Assembly: GCA_964471825.1 (NCBI GenBank)
Contig: CAYYKD010000002.1
Span: forward strand, 68,901-130,884
Length of the DNA: 61,984 nucleotides
Direction: 5' to 3'
From: an uncultured Spirochaetales bacterium
GTDB taxonomy: Bacteria; Spirochaetota; GWE2-31-10; CAYYKD01
Below are positions 1-8,363 of this stretch, piece after piece. Position 1 is the stretch's first letter. Every line of letters starts with the position of its first letter. The notes beneath the pieces are model-generated. The model ran no database searches, was not told the DNA's origin, and saw nothing but the letters and a program-made list of their open reading frames with translations. Made by a program: the position numbers and the translations under genes.

Positions 1-1
1 T

Positions 2-1495
2 AAACCTCAGTATTTAATGAGTCAGATACTTCAGAAATTAAAAGAAGATTCTGAGAGGTTTCTAGGGGAAAAGGTTACAGAGGCAGTGATAACAGTTCCG
101 GCCTATTTTAGCGATGCTCAGAGACAAGCGACAGTAGATGCAGGGAAGATTGCCGGTCTGAAGGTCTCGCGAATAATAAATGAGCCTACGGCAGCAGCGT
201 TAGCATACGGACTTCATAAGGATATGACCCATAATATTCTGGTCTATGACCTTGGAGGCGGGACATTTGATGTGTCGATCTTAGAGTTGGATGGCGGGAT
301 ATTTGAGGTGAAGTCAACCAGGGGTAATAATATTCTTGGTGGAATTGATTTTGATAAAAGACTTGTGGATATCGTAGTTAAACAATTTAATACGGCAACC
401 GGGATAGATCTGACCTCCGATTCATTAGCTATGCAGAAACTTATTGAGGCCTGTGAGAAAGCAAAGATGGTTCTGTCATCTGAGAATGAGACAGAGATAA
501 ATATACCATTTATTAGTGCGGATGAAAAGGGGCCGAAACATTTGCGTTTTGATCTCAGTCGAAAAGAGTTTGAGGGATTGATTGATGATCTAATAGAGGA
601 AACGGTAAATCTTTCATTATTTGCATTGGAAGATGCCGGTCTTGTTGTAAGTGATATAGATAAAATAATTCTTGTCGGCGGATCAACAAGGATTCCGCTT
701 GTAGAAAAAAAATTGACCTCTAAGTTTGGTTTTAAGATTTATAGAGGGACAGACCCAGAGGAGGCGGTAGCTCTTGGTGCTGCTATTGAGACAGGGATTA
801 TTAAAGGTGATCTATCCGGTATAGTTCTTCTTGATGTAACGCCATTGAGTCTGGGGATTGAGATTGAGGGTGGCATTTTTGCTCCTGTCATTAAAAGAAA
901 TTCACCTATACCTAATCATGTAAAAAAGATATTTACAACTGTTGCAGATAATCAGGATGAGGTGGAGGTCGTTGTTCTACAGGGTGAGAGTAAGAGTGCG
1001 TCAGATAATATATTGCTGGGAAAATTTATTCTTTCCGGTATCAGGAAGGCTCCAAAGGGAACACCAAGAATTGAGGTTCTCTTTGATATAGATGTAGACT
1101 CTATAGTTCATGTGTCTGCAAGGGATATGGATACAGGTCTGAGTCAAACAATTGTTATTAACTCCAAAATAGGACTTACAAAGCAGGAGCTTGAACTTCT
1201 AATTGGTGAGTCTAGAACCGGCTCAAGAAACGAAAATAGTGAGTTGAGATTTATCGGGTTAAAAAATGAAGCTAAGGGGATAATATATAGAATTGAGTCA
1301 TTGTCCGGTGAGTTAAAAGTTGATGCGGATTTCTTAAAAGAGATTGACGGCGTTGTACTGGAGATTAATAGGGCTATTGATGATAAAAGTATTGAGATAT
1401 TAGAGAGGTTGAATCCGATTTTAATTGATTTTCATGAAGAGCTTGTAAATCTTCAAAAAGAAGAGACTTTTTGTGTGGCAAACAGTTTAAAGTAG
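2..1495 (+). CDS. dnaK: Hsp70/DnaK-family chaperone, divergent paralog, 5'-truncated by window edge
   Basis: Motifs AVITVPAYF, IINEPTAAALAYG, VYDLGGGTFDVSIL, ILVGGSTRIP and LLDVTPLSLGIE. The frame is open upstream of ATG 17 (KPQYL aligns with the usual SPQEI before ILQKLK), so the gene starts before the window. Short C-terminus. Confidence 0.9.
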   Translation, partial: KPQYLMSQILQKLKEDSERFLGEKVTEAVITVPAYFSDAQRQATVDAGKIAGLKVSRIINEPTAAALAYGLHKDMTHNILVYDLGGGTFDVSILELDGGIFEVKSTRGNNILGGIDFDKRLVDIVVKQFNTATGIDLTSDSLAMQKLIEACEKAKMVLSSENETEINIPFISADEKGPKHLRFDLSRKEFEGLIDDLIEETVNLSLFALEDAGLVVSDIDKIILVGGSTRIPLVEKKLTSKFGFKIYRGTDPEEAVALGAAIETGIIKGDLSGIVLLDVTPLSLGIEIEGGIFAPVIKRNSPIPNHVKKIFTTVADNQDEVEVVVLQGESKSASDNILLGKFILSGIRKAPKGTPRIEVLFDIDVDSIVHVSARDMDTGLSQTIVINSKIGLTKQELELLIGESRTGSRNENSELRFIGLKNEAKGIIYRIESLSGELKVDADFLKEIDGVVLEINRAIDDKSIEILERLNPILIDFHEELVNLQKEETFCVANSLK

Positions 1496-1516
1496 TTTTA
1501 TAAAAGGGCAACTAAG

Positions 1517-2443
1517 ATGGCAGATATAGGTAAGAATAATGAGAATTACTATGATATTCTGAATATTCCAAGAGATGCAAACAATGCAGAGATAAAATCT
1601 GCCTATAAATTTCTTGTGTCTAAGTTTCATCCTGATCTTAATAAGGATGCAAATGCCTCGGATAGATTTAAAAAAATTGTTCGGGCCTATACCGTATTAA
1701 AAGATAGTGATCTTCGACCTCAGTATGATAGGGCAATAGGTAACGGATTGTTCTTTGTTCCAAAGATTAAGCTTGGTGAGTTGATAAAGGGTATAACGAG
1801 ATCCAGAGATTCAATATTAACCTTTGTTAAAATTTTTTTTAAGAATGTTGCCGGAAAAACTGTGCTGAGATCATTAAAAGAGTATAATGATGTTTCGGGT
1901 ATGGAATTTGATACTGTTTCAATACCAGAGGAATTGATAAGTATGTCCTTTAATGAACTCTCGCAACGATTGGTTTATTCATCGAATGTCTTTGTTAAGG
2001 CTAATGCATTATTAGCATTAGGTATGAAAGGGGAACGGCAGAGTTTTTCTGTGATATCACAGCATGTATTTTCAGAAAATCCTATGATATGTAAATCAGC
2101 AGTCTGGGCACTATCAAAACTTAGGATGAGAACTGCAACTGAGGTATTGAAGAAGTTGTATATAACAACACAGGATAGCGATTTGAAGATAACTATTGTC
2201 AAGTCAATATTTAGGTTAGAGCCGTCAGATAGTTATGAACTCTACAGTATGCTTGTAAAGTCAATAAATGATACTGATGAGTCTGTAAGGGTTGCGGCAT
2301 TAAATATACTCAACGAGACCGGTAAGAAGGTTGTGTATTCTGATATTAAGGATGTTTTTGGTACAGGGATGTCTGATTTTGGTCAGGGTGTGTTAAATAG
2401 GCTTATTGCACAAAATAGAATAATTAATTATTACGGGAGATAA
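1517..2443 (+). CDS. J-domain protein with C-terminal HEAT/PBS-lyase-like repeats
   Basis: N-terminal NYYDILNI...KFHPDLNK...F..I..AY.VL.D...R.QYD with an intact HPD motif. C-terminal helical repeats: VFVKANALLALG, ICKSAVWALSKL, DESVRVAALNIL. Confidence 0.85.
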   Translation: MADIGKNNENYYDILNIPRDANNAEIKSAYKFLVSKFHPDLNKDANASDRFKKIVRAYTVLKDSDLRPQYDRAIGNGLFFVPKIKLGELIKGITRSRDSILTFVKIFFKNVAGKTVLRSLKEYNDVSGMEFDTVSIPEELISMSFNELSQRLVYSSNVFVKANALLALGMKGERQSFSVISQHVFSENPMICKSAVWALSKLRMRTATEVLKKLYITTQDSDLKITIVKSIFRLEPSDSYELYSMLVKSINDTDESVRVAALNILNETGKKVVYSDIKDVFGTGMSDFGQGVLNRLIAQNRIINYYGR

Positions 2444-2916
2444 TGATGGCAAAAGACAATATTATAAGTACTACAGAGAATCAATTAATCTTATTTAGTC
2501 TGGGGAAAGGGTATTATGCAATTCCTATAGAAAATGTATTTGAGATTAAGAAAATACAGGAGATAACTGTAGTCCCAAAGTCACCAAAATATATTGAAGG
2601 GGTTATTAACCTTAGAGGAAATGTAGTTCCAATAATAAATCTTAGAAAAAGATTTGGAATGGAGCTTGTTGAATTTTCAAAGAAGAATAAGATAATTATT
2701 GTTGAAGTAGGTAAAAGGCAATTTGGATTGATCGTTGATGCAGTTGCTGAGGTTATTGTCTTAAATAATGATCAGGTAGAGTCGACTCTTCCTACCTCCT
2801 CCGGTCTAAAGGCAGAGTTTATTAAGGGGATCGGCAAACTTGTTGATAAACTTATTATTATTCTTGATATAACAAGAATTCTACAAAGTAATGAAGAGAT
2901 CAGAATAGAGGCGTAG
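2443..2916 (+). CDS. cheW: Chemotaxis coupling protein CheW
   Basis: LILFSL...YAIPI..V.EI, VPKSPKYIEGVINLRGNVVPIINLRKRF and FGLIVDAVAEV. The start overlaps the upstream stop (TAATG). Confidence 0.95.
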   Translation: MMAKDNIISTTENQLILFSLGKGYYAIPIENVFEIKKIQEITVVPKSPKYIEGVINLRGNVVPIINLRKRFGMELVEFSKKNKIIIVEVGKRQFGLIVDAVAEVIVLNNDQVESTLPTSSGLKAEFIKGIGKLVDKLIIILDITRILQSNEEIRIEA

Positions 2917-2945
2917 TCTTTTCATATATAATTTTTGCAAGAGAC
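2916..2945. repeat. Degenerate remnant of the GAGGCTCTTGCAAAAAT MITE family (weak palindrome)
   Basis: ATTTTTGCAAGAG (2931-2943) is identical to the start of the right TIR of the 19106-19286 element. The left arm GTCTTTTCA is poor. Confidence 0.35.
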
Positions 2946-2986
2946 ACTAATATTTAGGATTAGAAATAGGTTAAATAGAGGGGTAT

Positions 2987-3859
2987 ATGAACAATGTTAC
3001 AGGAAACTTATCTCCGCTTGTTTTTAAGTTTGAAGAGATTATGAAGGAACCTTCAAGATTAACAATGCAGCAATTTGAGAGACTTTCTAAGTTGATCTAT
3101 GATATATCCGGAATTTGCCTAAAGGAGAACAAACTGACACTTCTTTCTAATAGGCTTAGAAAGAGGTTGGAAGTGTTATCATTTGAAGATTTTAATGAGT
3201 ATTTTGCCTATCTGTTTTCCGGTGGCGGATATTCTAGTGAAATCGACCAGATAATTAATGCAATATCTACTAATGAAACATATTTTTATAGAACAGATGC
3301 ACAGTTTAGGGTCATGATTGATGTTGTAATGCCGAAACTTATGGAAAAGGGAACAAGCATATCAATACTAAGTGCAGGTTGTTCTACAGGTGAGGAACCA
3401 TATACAATTGCTATGATGCTTAATGAAAAGGGTTGGTTAAAAAATGGTATTGTTTCGATAAAAGGCGTCGATATTAATAGTGAAGTTATTGACCTTGCCG
3501 GTAGGGGGATCTATGATGAAAAAAGCATAAGGCTCCTACCGGATGAATATAAAGAAAAATATTTTATACCTACTGATAATAAGAAGTATAAGTTGTGCGA
3601 TGATATTAAATCGAGGGTGAGTTTTGAAAGGCTAAATTTAAAGAATGGAACTATTGACGGGAAATATACAATAGTTTTTTGCAGGAATGTGATGATATAT
3701 TTCGATAGAGATGATCAGGTCGCTCTAATAAATAGGATCTATAATTCTATGGAATCAGGTGGTTACTTTTTTATCGGACATTCTGAATCCTTGTACTTTT
3801 TGTCTAATGTTTTTAAATATGATATGATCTACGGAACGCCTGTTTACTTCAAAGAGTGA
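2987..3859 (+). CDS. cheR: Chemotaxis methyltransferase CheR
   Basis: STNETYFYR, SAGCSTGEEPYTIAM, GVDIN, FCRNVMIYFD and GGYFFIGHSESL. Confidence 0.95.
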   Translation: MNNVTGNLSPLVFKFEEIMKEPSRLTMQQFERLSKLIYDISGICLKENKLTLLSNRLRKRLEVLSFEDFNEYFAYLFSGGGYSSEIDQIINAISTNETYFYRTDAQFRVMIDVVMPKLMEKGTSISILSAGCSTGEEPYTIAMMLNEKGWLKNGIVSIKGVDINSEVIDLAGRGIYDEKSIRLLPDEYKEKYFIPTDNKKYKLCDDIKSRVSFERLNLKNGTIDGKYTIVFCRNVMIYFDRDDQVALINRIYNSMESGGYFFIGHSESLYFLSNVFKYDMIYGTPVYFKE

Positions 3860-3888
3860 ATGGGGAAATTGAATAGAGGGAGATTTGT

Positions 3889-6261
3889 ATGGCTTTTATT
3901 GATGAGAAAAGAATACAGGAAGCGTTTTTAGAAGAGGTTGTAGAACTTCTTGAGCATCTTAATGAGAAATTACTCGAACTTGAGGATGATCCGTCCAGCA
4001 AGGAAACGATAAATGAAATTTTTAGATATTCCCACTCAATAAAAAGTGAGGCTGCCTTGGTGGGTTATATGAATATGTCATCCATAGCTCATAAAATGGA
4101 GGATATATTTGAAAAAGTAAGAAGGGATATTCTTTTAGTTGATAAGGAGATAATGGACGCCCTTTTTATGGCGTATGATAGAATAATGGATATAATAGGT
4201 ACTATTCAGGCGGGTGGAGATGACAAACAGATAGATATTGATGATGTTATTGCTGCATTAAATGGGGTAATTAAGAGGATAGATCCGAGTGCCGGAGATG
4301 TCAAAGTAAAGAGTAAACCCGTGGCAGAAGATACGCGAGATGAATCTGTTGTTGATAGTATATCCGGTAAGATAGGTGATCTATCAGGTGTCAGTTTCAG
4401 CGATATGGAAAAAAACCAGATAGAGGAAGAGCTTGAAGCCGGTACGAGATTCTATAAGGTTATGGTAAAACTGGATCCTGAGTGTGATATGAAATATCCA
4501 AGGGCCTATCTTGTTTACAATAATTTTGATAATATGGGGACTGTAGTTAAGTCTGTGCCTGATATAAAGACAGAGACTGAGGATGATAGATTTATTAAGC
4601 TCGATATGTATATTTTTACTGAGCGGACATTAGACGATCTAAGGATTGCAGCGGATGTAGATCAGGTCTCAAAAGTTGAGGTGCTTGAGATCGGCAAAAA
4701 TGCAATCCTCTCCCTGCTTGGAATGGATGATATGATCTCTCAGGATGACCTGCTTAGCGAAGATGATGTAAAAAGTGCAGAGCTTATTGAGGAACAATGG
4801 GCTAGAGAGTACGCTGATTCACTTAACAGGGTTGGTATTCAGGAAAGTGATGCTACAAAAACCGGCTCAGAACAGCAGACAACCGAAACAAAAGATCTAA
4901 AACAAGAAAAAACTGATAAATCAGATAAGTCAGATAAGGATCTTTCAAAAGGGGATGCTCTTCAAAAACAAACAATAAGAGTTGATATAGAGAGGCTGGA
5001 TAACCTATGGAATCTGGTTGGAGAGCTGATTATTACACGATCCAGGTATCTTCAGATAATTGATAAGATCAATGACTTTGAGACAGTACAGGCAATAAAG
5101 TCAGAGATTGAGGATGCAACAAATGTGCTTGATCGGATAACTGATCAAATGCAGGTTGGTATGATGCAGGCGAGAATGGTTCCGATAGGTAATGTTTTCT
5201 CTAAGTTTCCACGGATGGTAAGAGATCTTGCAAATCAGATTCACAAGAACATTGAGCTTGAGATTGCAGGGGAGTCAACAGAGATAGATCGGACAGTTAT
5301 TGAGCATATTGCAGAACCATTAACCCATTTAATAAGAAATTCTATCGATCATGGTATTGAGTTCCCGGAAGATAGAGAGAAGAACGGAAAATCCCGTGTA
5401 GGAAAGGTAATTCTCAAGGCCTATCAGGAAGGTTCAAGTATCTATATTGAACTCTCAGATGATGGTAAGGGGATAAGCGTAGAAAAGATTAAGGAAAAGG
5501 CATTGCAGAATGGCCTCTATACACAGCAGCAGATTTCATCATTAAGTTATACAGATATATTAAATATTGTTTTTCAGCCGGGTTTTACAACTAAGGATAA
5601 TATATCCGATCTTTCGGGACGGGGTGTAGGTATGGATGTTGTAAAAACTAAGATAGAGAAACTTAGGGGACGGGTTGAAATTCAGACTACAGTTGGTGTA
5701 GGAACTAAATTTTTAATTACTCTTCCATTAACACTTACAATTGTTGAGGCATTACTTGTAAATGTAGAGAGAAATATCTTTGCGATACCAATTTCTGCTG
5801 TTGAAGAAACTATAATGATAAAGCGAAGTATGATTAAATTTTTTGATGAGTATCAGATCTATGATTATAGAAATGAGACCCTTGCACTAATATTTCTATC
5901 TGAATTGGTGGGACTTGATATCGTTAAACCTGAGACCCCTGATGATGAGTTGTATATAGTTGTAGTATCATTTGAGGGCCGAAAAGTGGGTCTGGTTGTT
6001 GAGCATCTTATAGGAGAACAAGATATAGTTATTAAATCTCTTGATGAGGTCTTAAGAAATAATGATGGTATCGCAGGTGCATCTGTACTTGGGGACGGAG
6101 GTATAGCTCTAATCCTCGATACATCAGCACTGGTTAAAGCTGCCATCAGGGAGTGGAATAAGATAAAGTTAAATGTTGATTTCTATGGGGAAGGTGTGGA
6201 GAAGGTGGGGCTTGATATACTATATGATAATCTCAATAAAGAGGCCGTGTCTACAAATTAG
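3889..6261 (+). CDS. cheA: Chemotaxis histidine kinase CheA (P1-P2-P3-P4-P5)
   Basis: HPt EIFRYSHSIKS (H49). P2-like MKYPRAYLV...VKSVP. TIRVDIERLDNLWNLVGEL, HLIRNSIDHGIE, DDGKGI, SGRGVGMDVV. C-terminal CheW-like domain GASVLGDGGIALILD. Confidence 0.96.
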   Translation: MAFIDEKRIQEAFLEEVVELLEHLNEKLLELEDDPSSKETINEIFRYSHSIKSEAALVGYMNMSSIAHKMEDIFEKVRRDILLVDKEIMDALFMAYDRIMDIIGTIQAGGDDKQIDIDDVIAALNGVIKRIDPSAGDVKVKSKPVAEDTRDESVVDSISGKIGDLSGVSFSDMEKNQIEEELEAGTRFYKVMVKLDPECDMKYPRAYLVYNNFDNMGTVVKSVPDIKTETEDDRFIKLDMYIFTERTLDDLRIAADVDQVSKVEVLEIGKNAILSLLGMDDMISQDDLLSEDDVKSAELIEEQWAREYADSLNRVGIQESDATKTGSEQQTTETKDLKQEKTDKSDKSDKDLSKGDALQKQTIRVDIERLDNLWNLVGELIITRSRYLQIIDKINDFETVQAIKSEIEDATNVLDRITDQMQVGMMQARMVPIGNVFSKFPRMVRDLANQIHKNIELEIAGESTEIDRTVIEHIAEPLTHLIRNSIDHGIEFPEDREKNGKSRVGKVILKAYQEGSSIYIELSDDGKGISVEKIKEKALQNGLYTQQQISSLSYTDILNIVFQPGFTTKDNISDLSGRGVGMDVVKTKIEKLRGRVEIQTTVGVGTKFLITLPLTLTIVEALLVNVERNIFAIPISAVEETIMIKRSMIKFFDEYQIYDYRNETLALIFLSELVGLDIVKPETPDDELYIVVVSFEGRKVGLVVEHLIGEQDIVIKSLDEVLRNNDGIAGASVLGDGGIALILDTSALVKAAIREWNKIKLNVDFYGEGVEKVGLDILYDNLNKEAVSTN

Positions 6262-6312
6262 AAAGAGTTGTCATAGTTAACAAGGCAATTTTAAATGATG
6301 TATTTTTAATAT

Positions 6313-7008
6313 CTATGTTTTTTGGAAATCATGTATCTGATGTCTTCTTCTATAAACAAAGTATAATATACTAAGAGCCATAAGAATTGCTGCCGGAATT
6401 AAGGTCGAGTGAATATTTAATAACTGAAAGAATATATAACCTAAATAAACTCCAAAGAGAAAACCTAGCAGTAATGTTGTTAGTATAACAAGTGAGGTGA
6501 CATTAATTGGTCTTCTACATATATAATTCCCAATTGTTGACCCGATATCTGTTACGATACCTGTAAAGTGGGTTGTTCTTACGACAGCATTACTAAATGT
6601 TGTTACCATTGCATTTTGTAGACCACACGCACCTGCCAGAATAAAAAAAGAGGTCTTTTGATAATTAAGGACTAAAAATATATATGCAACAAGGATTGCT
6701 ATAGACTCAGTTAACAGTGCAACTCCGTATCTTCTTCCCAATATTAGAGTTTTATTTCCAATAATTATACCGCTAATTATTGAACCAAAGAAGAAAGAAA
6801 GAATCGCTATTAAAAAATAACTGCCTAGAGCAAATTGCCCCTTTGCAAATAATAAGTTTGCTCTAAAGAGGAACCCTGACATAAAACTTACACCTATATC
6901 TGCGCCCTCTAACGCAATAATAGAATTAATCATACCTGCAATTGCCGGTAAGATAAATATACCTACTTTGACCCAACGGGGAACTTTATGTATCATAACT
7001 ACCTCCAA
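6313..7008 (-). CDS. YoaK/DUF1275-family membrane protein
   Basis: Hydrophobic protein with AGMINS...SFMSG and ACGLQNAMV...VRTTHFTGIVTDIG motifs typical of DUF1275. Confidence 0.8.
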   Translation of the reverse strand: MEVVMIHKVPRWVKVGIFILPAIAGMINSIIALEGADIGVSFMSGFLFRANLLFAKGQFALGSYFLIAILSFFFGSIISGIIIGNKTLILGRRYGVALLTESIAILVAYIFLVLNYQKTSFFILAGACGLQNAMVTTFSNAVVRTTHFTGIVTDIGSTIGNYICRRPINVTSLVILTTLLLGFLFGVYLGYIFFQLLNIHSTLIPAAILMALSILYFVYRRRHQIHDFQKT

Positions 7009-7137
7009 ATCAACTTCAAAATAAAGTATAGTTTTGCGAGATTTTATTTTTACTAGTTTATTTCTATAAAAAGTTTATTGCAAAAAAATTTATAATTGTC
7101 AATATGGTGGATACTGGATACTGATATTTTTAAAAAA

Positions 7138-8157
7138 TTATTTATATTTGAGTCCCTTTTTAAGTTTTGTGAGATTGTCCTGCATTATCGTTATAAATGA
7201 AAGGTTTTTATTAAACTCATCTCTTGAAAGGTTGTGAGCTCCATGAAGTAATTCCAGTGTAACACCTGTTGAATCCGATATCATTCTTGCAACCTTTGGG
7301 TCGATCAATTCTTCATAGTATAAAACCTCAATATTATTATTTTTGATATTTTCGACTAACTCAATAATTCTTTGCGGTGAAGGCTCTGCGTTAGGTGTAA
7401 ATCCCTCGTATGGAGAGATGTGGGTTAAACCATACCTTCTTACAAGATAACCAAAGGCAAAATGTCCGCCATACATAATAGTCTTTAACTCGCATCTGGT
7501 TAAGGTCTCTTTATATTCATTGTCAAGGGCCAATAGTTTTTTATTGTACTGTTTTGCATTGCTAAGATAGAATTCTTTATTCGGAGGATCAATCCTACTT
7601 AATTCGTCTGCAATTAGATTAACTATATTTTGGTTGATTTCAAAGTCTAGCCATATATGAGGATCATTCTCGTGATGATGATGTTCTGATGTGTGGATTT
7701 CTTTATTATTCGGCATATTTTCATGATCATTGTTATGTTTTTTTTCATGAACTTTATTGTAATCTTTATGATTTTTATTTTGATCATTACTATTTTCTTT
7801 ATGCTCAATCATTTCAACTACTTGACCGGCTTCAAGGATAACCAGATTTTTGTTAGTAATTGAATCTGCTATATCGTGTGCCCAGGGTTCCATATCTTCG
7901 CCGATATAGATAAACAGTGAGCTTTCATTTATCTTTACAATATCTTTAGGGGTAGGTTCAAATGAGTGGGATTCTGCTCCGGGTGGAATAATAATCGAAA
8001 CAATAACCTTATCCTTACCAACTTCCCTAACAAAGTCATAGAGTGGAAAAAGTGTTGTAATAACCTCGACTTTATCAGATTCAGTTTCTTTTTTGCATCC
8101 CGATATTATAAGTGCAAAAAAAATTATTGAGACTGTATAAATAATTATTTTTTTCAT
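7138..8157 (-). CDS. Zn/Mn ABC-type substrate-binding lipoprotein (ZnuA/AdcA-like) with His-rich loop
   Basis: Lipobox IISGC, PPGAESHSFEPTP, His-rich loop ending HHHHENDPHIWLD, HFAFGYL and YEE motifs. Confidence 0.92.
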   Translation of the reverse strand: MKKIIIYTVSIIFFALIISGCKKETESDKVEVITTLFPLYDFVREVGKDKVIVSIIIPPGAESHSFEPTPKDIVKINESSLFIYIGEDMEPWAHDIADSITNKNLVILEAGQVVEMIEHKENSNDQNKNHKDYNKVHEKKHNNDHENMPNNKEIHTSEHHHHENDPHIWLDFEINQNIVNLIADELSRIDPPNKEFYLSNAKQYNKKLLALDNEYKETLTRCELKTIMYGGHFAFGYLVRRYGLTHISPYEGFTPNAEPSPQRIIELVENIKNNNIEVLYYEELIDPKVARMISDSTGVTLELLHGAHNLSRDEFNKNLSFITIMQDNLTKLKKGLKYK

Positions 8158-8171
8158 AAAACATCTCCTAT

Positions 8172-8202
8172 TTTAATATAACAACTCTTTAATATAACAA
8201 CT
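8172..8202. repeat. 15-bp perfect direct repeat TTTAATATAACAACT x2 (16-bp period) upstream of the Zn-binding protein gene
   Basis: Copies at 8172-8186 and 8188-8202, lying between a candidate promoter and the RBS of 7138..8157. Confidence 0.7.
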
Positions 8203-8219
8203 TATTAGAGTAATATGTT

Positions 8220-8248
8220 AAATTATTTAATTTTTGATATAAAGTCAA
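8220..8248 (-). promoter_or_regulatory. Candidate sigma70 promoter for the Zn-binding protein gene
   Basis: Minus strand TTGACT-N17-TAATTT; the -10 element is weak. Confidence 0.35.
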
Positions 8249-8363
8249 GATAATTATATTATGAATATAGAGGGCGGAGGGTTTTGCATGAAACTCATTT
8301 ATAATTTTTACTTTTTTACTTTTTTTGATGACTTAATTATAATTTTATTTTAGTATTGCGGTT

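Noticed and set aside
4912-4938. Short tandem repeat in cheA (TCAGATAAG x2)
   Set aside because: It encodes the low-complexity TDKSDKSDK linker between P2 and P3; in frame and ordinary.
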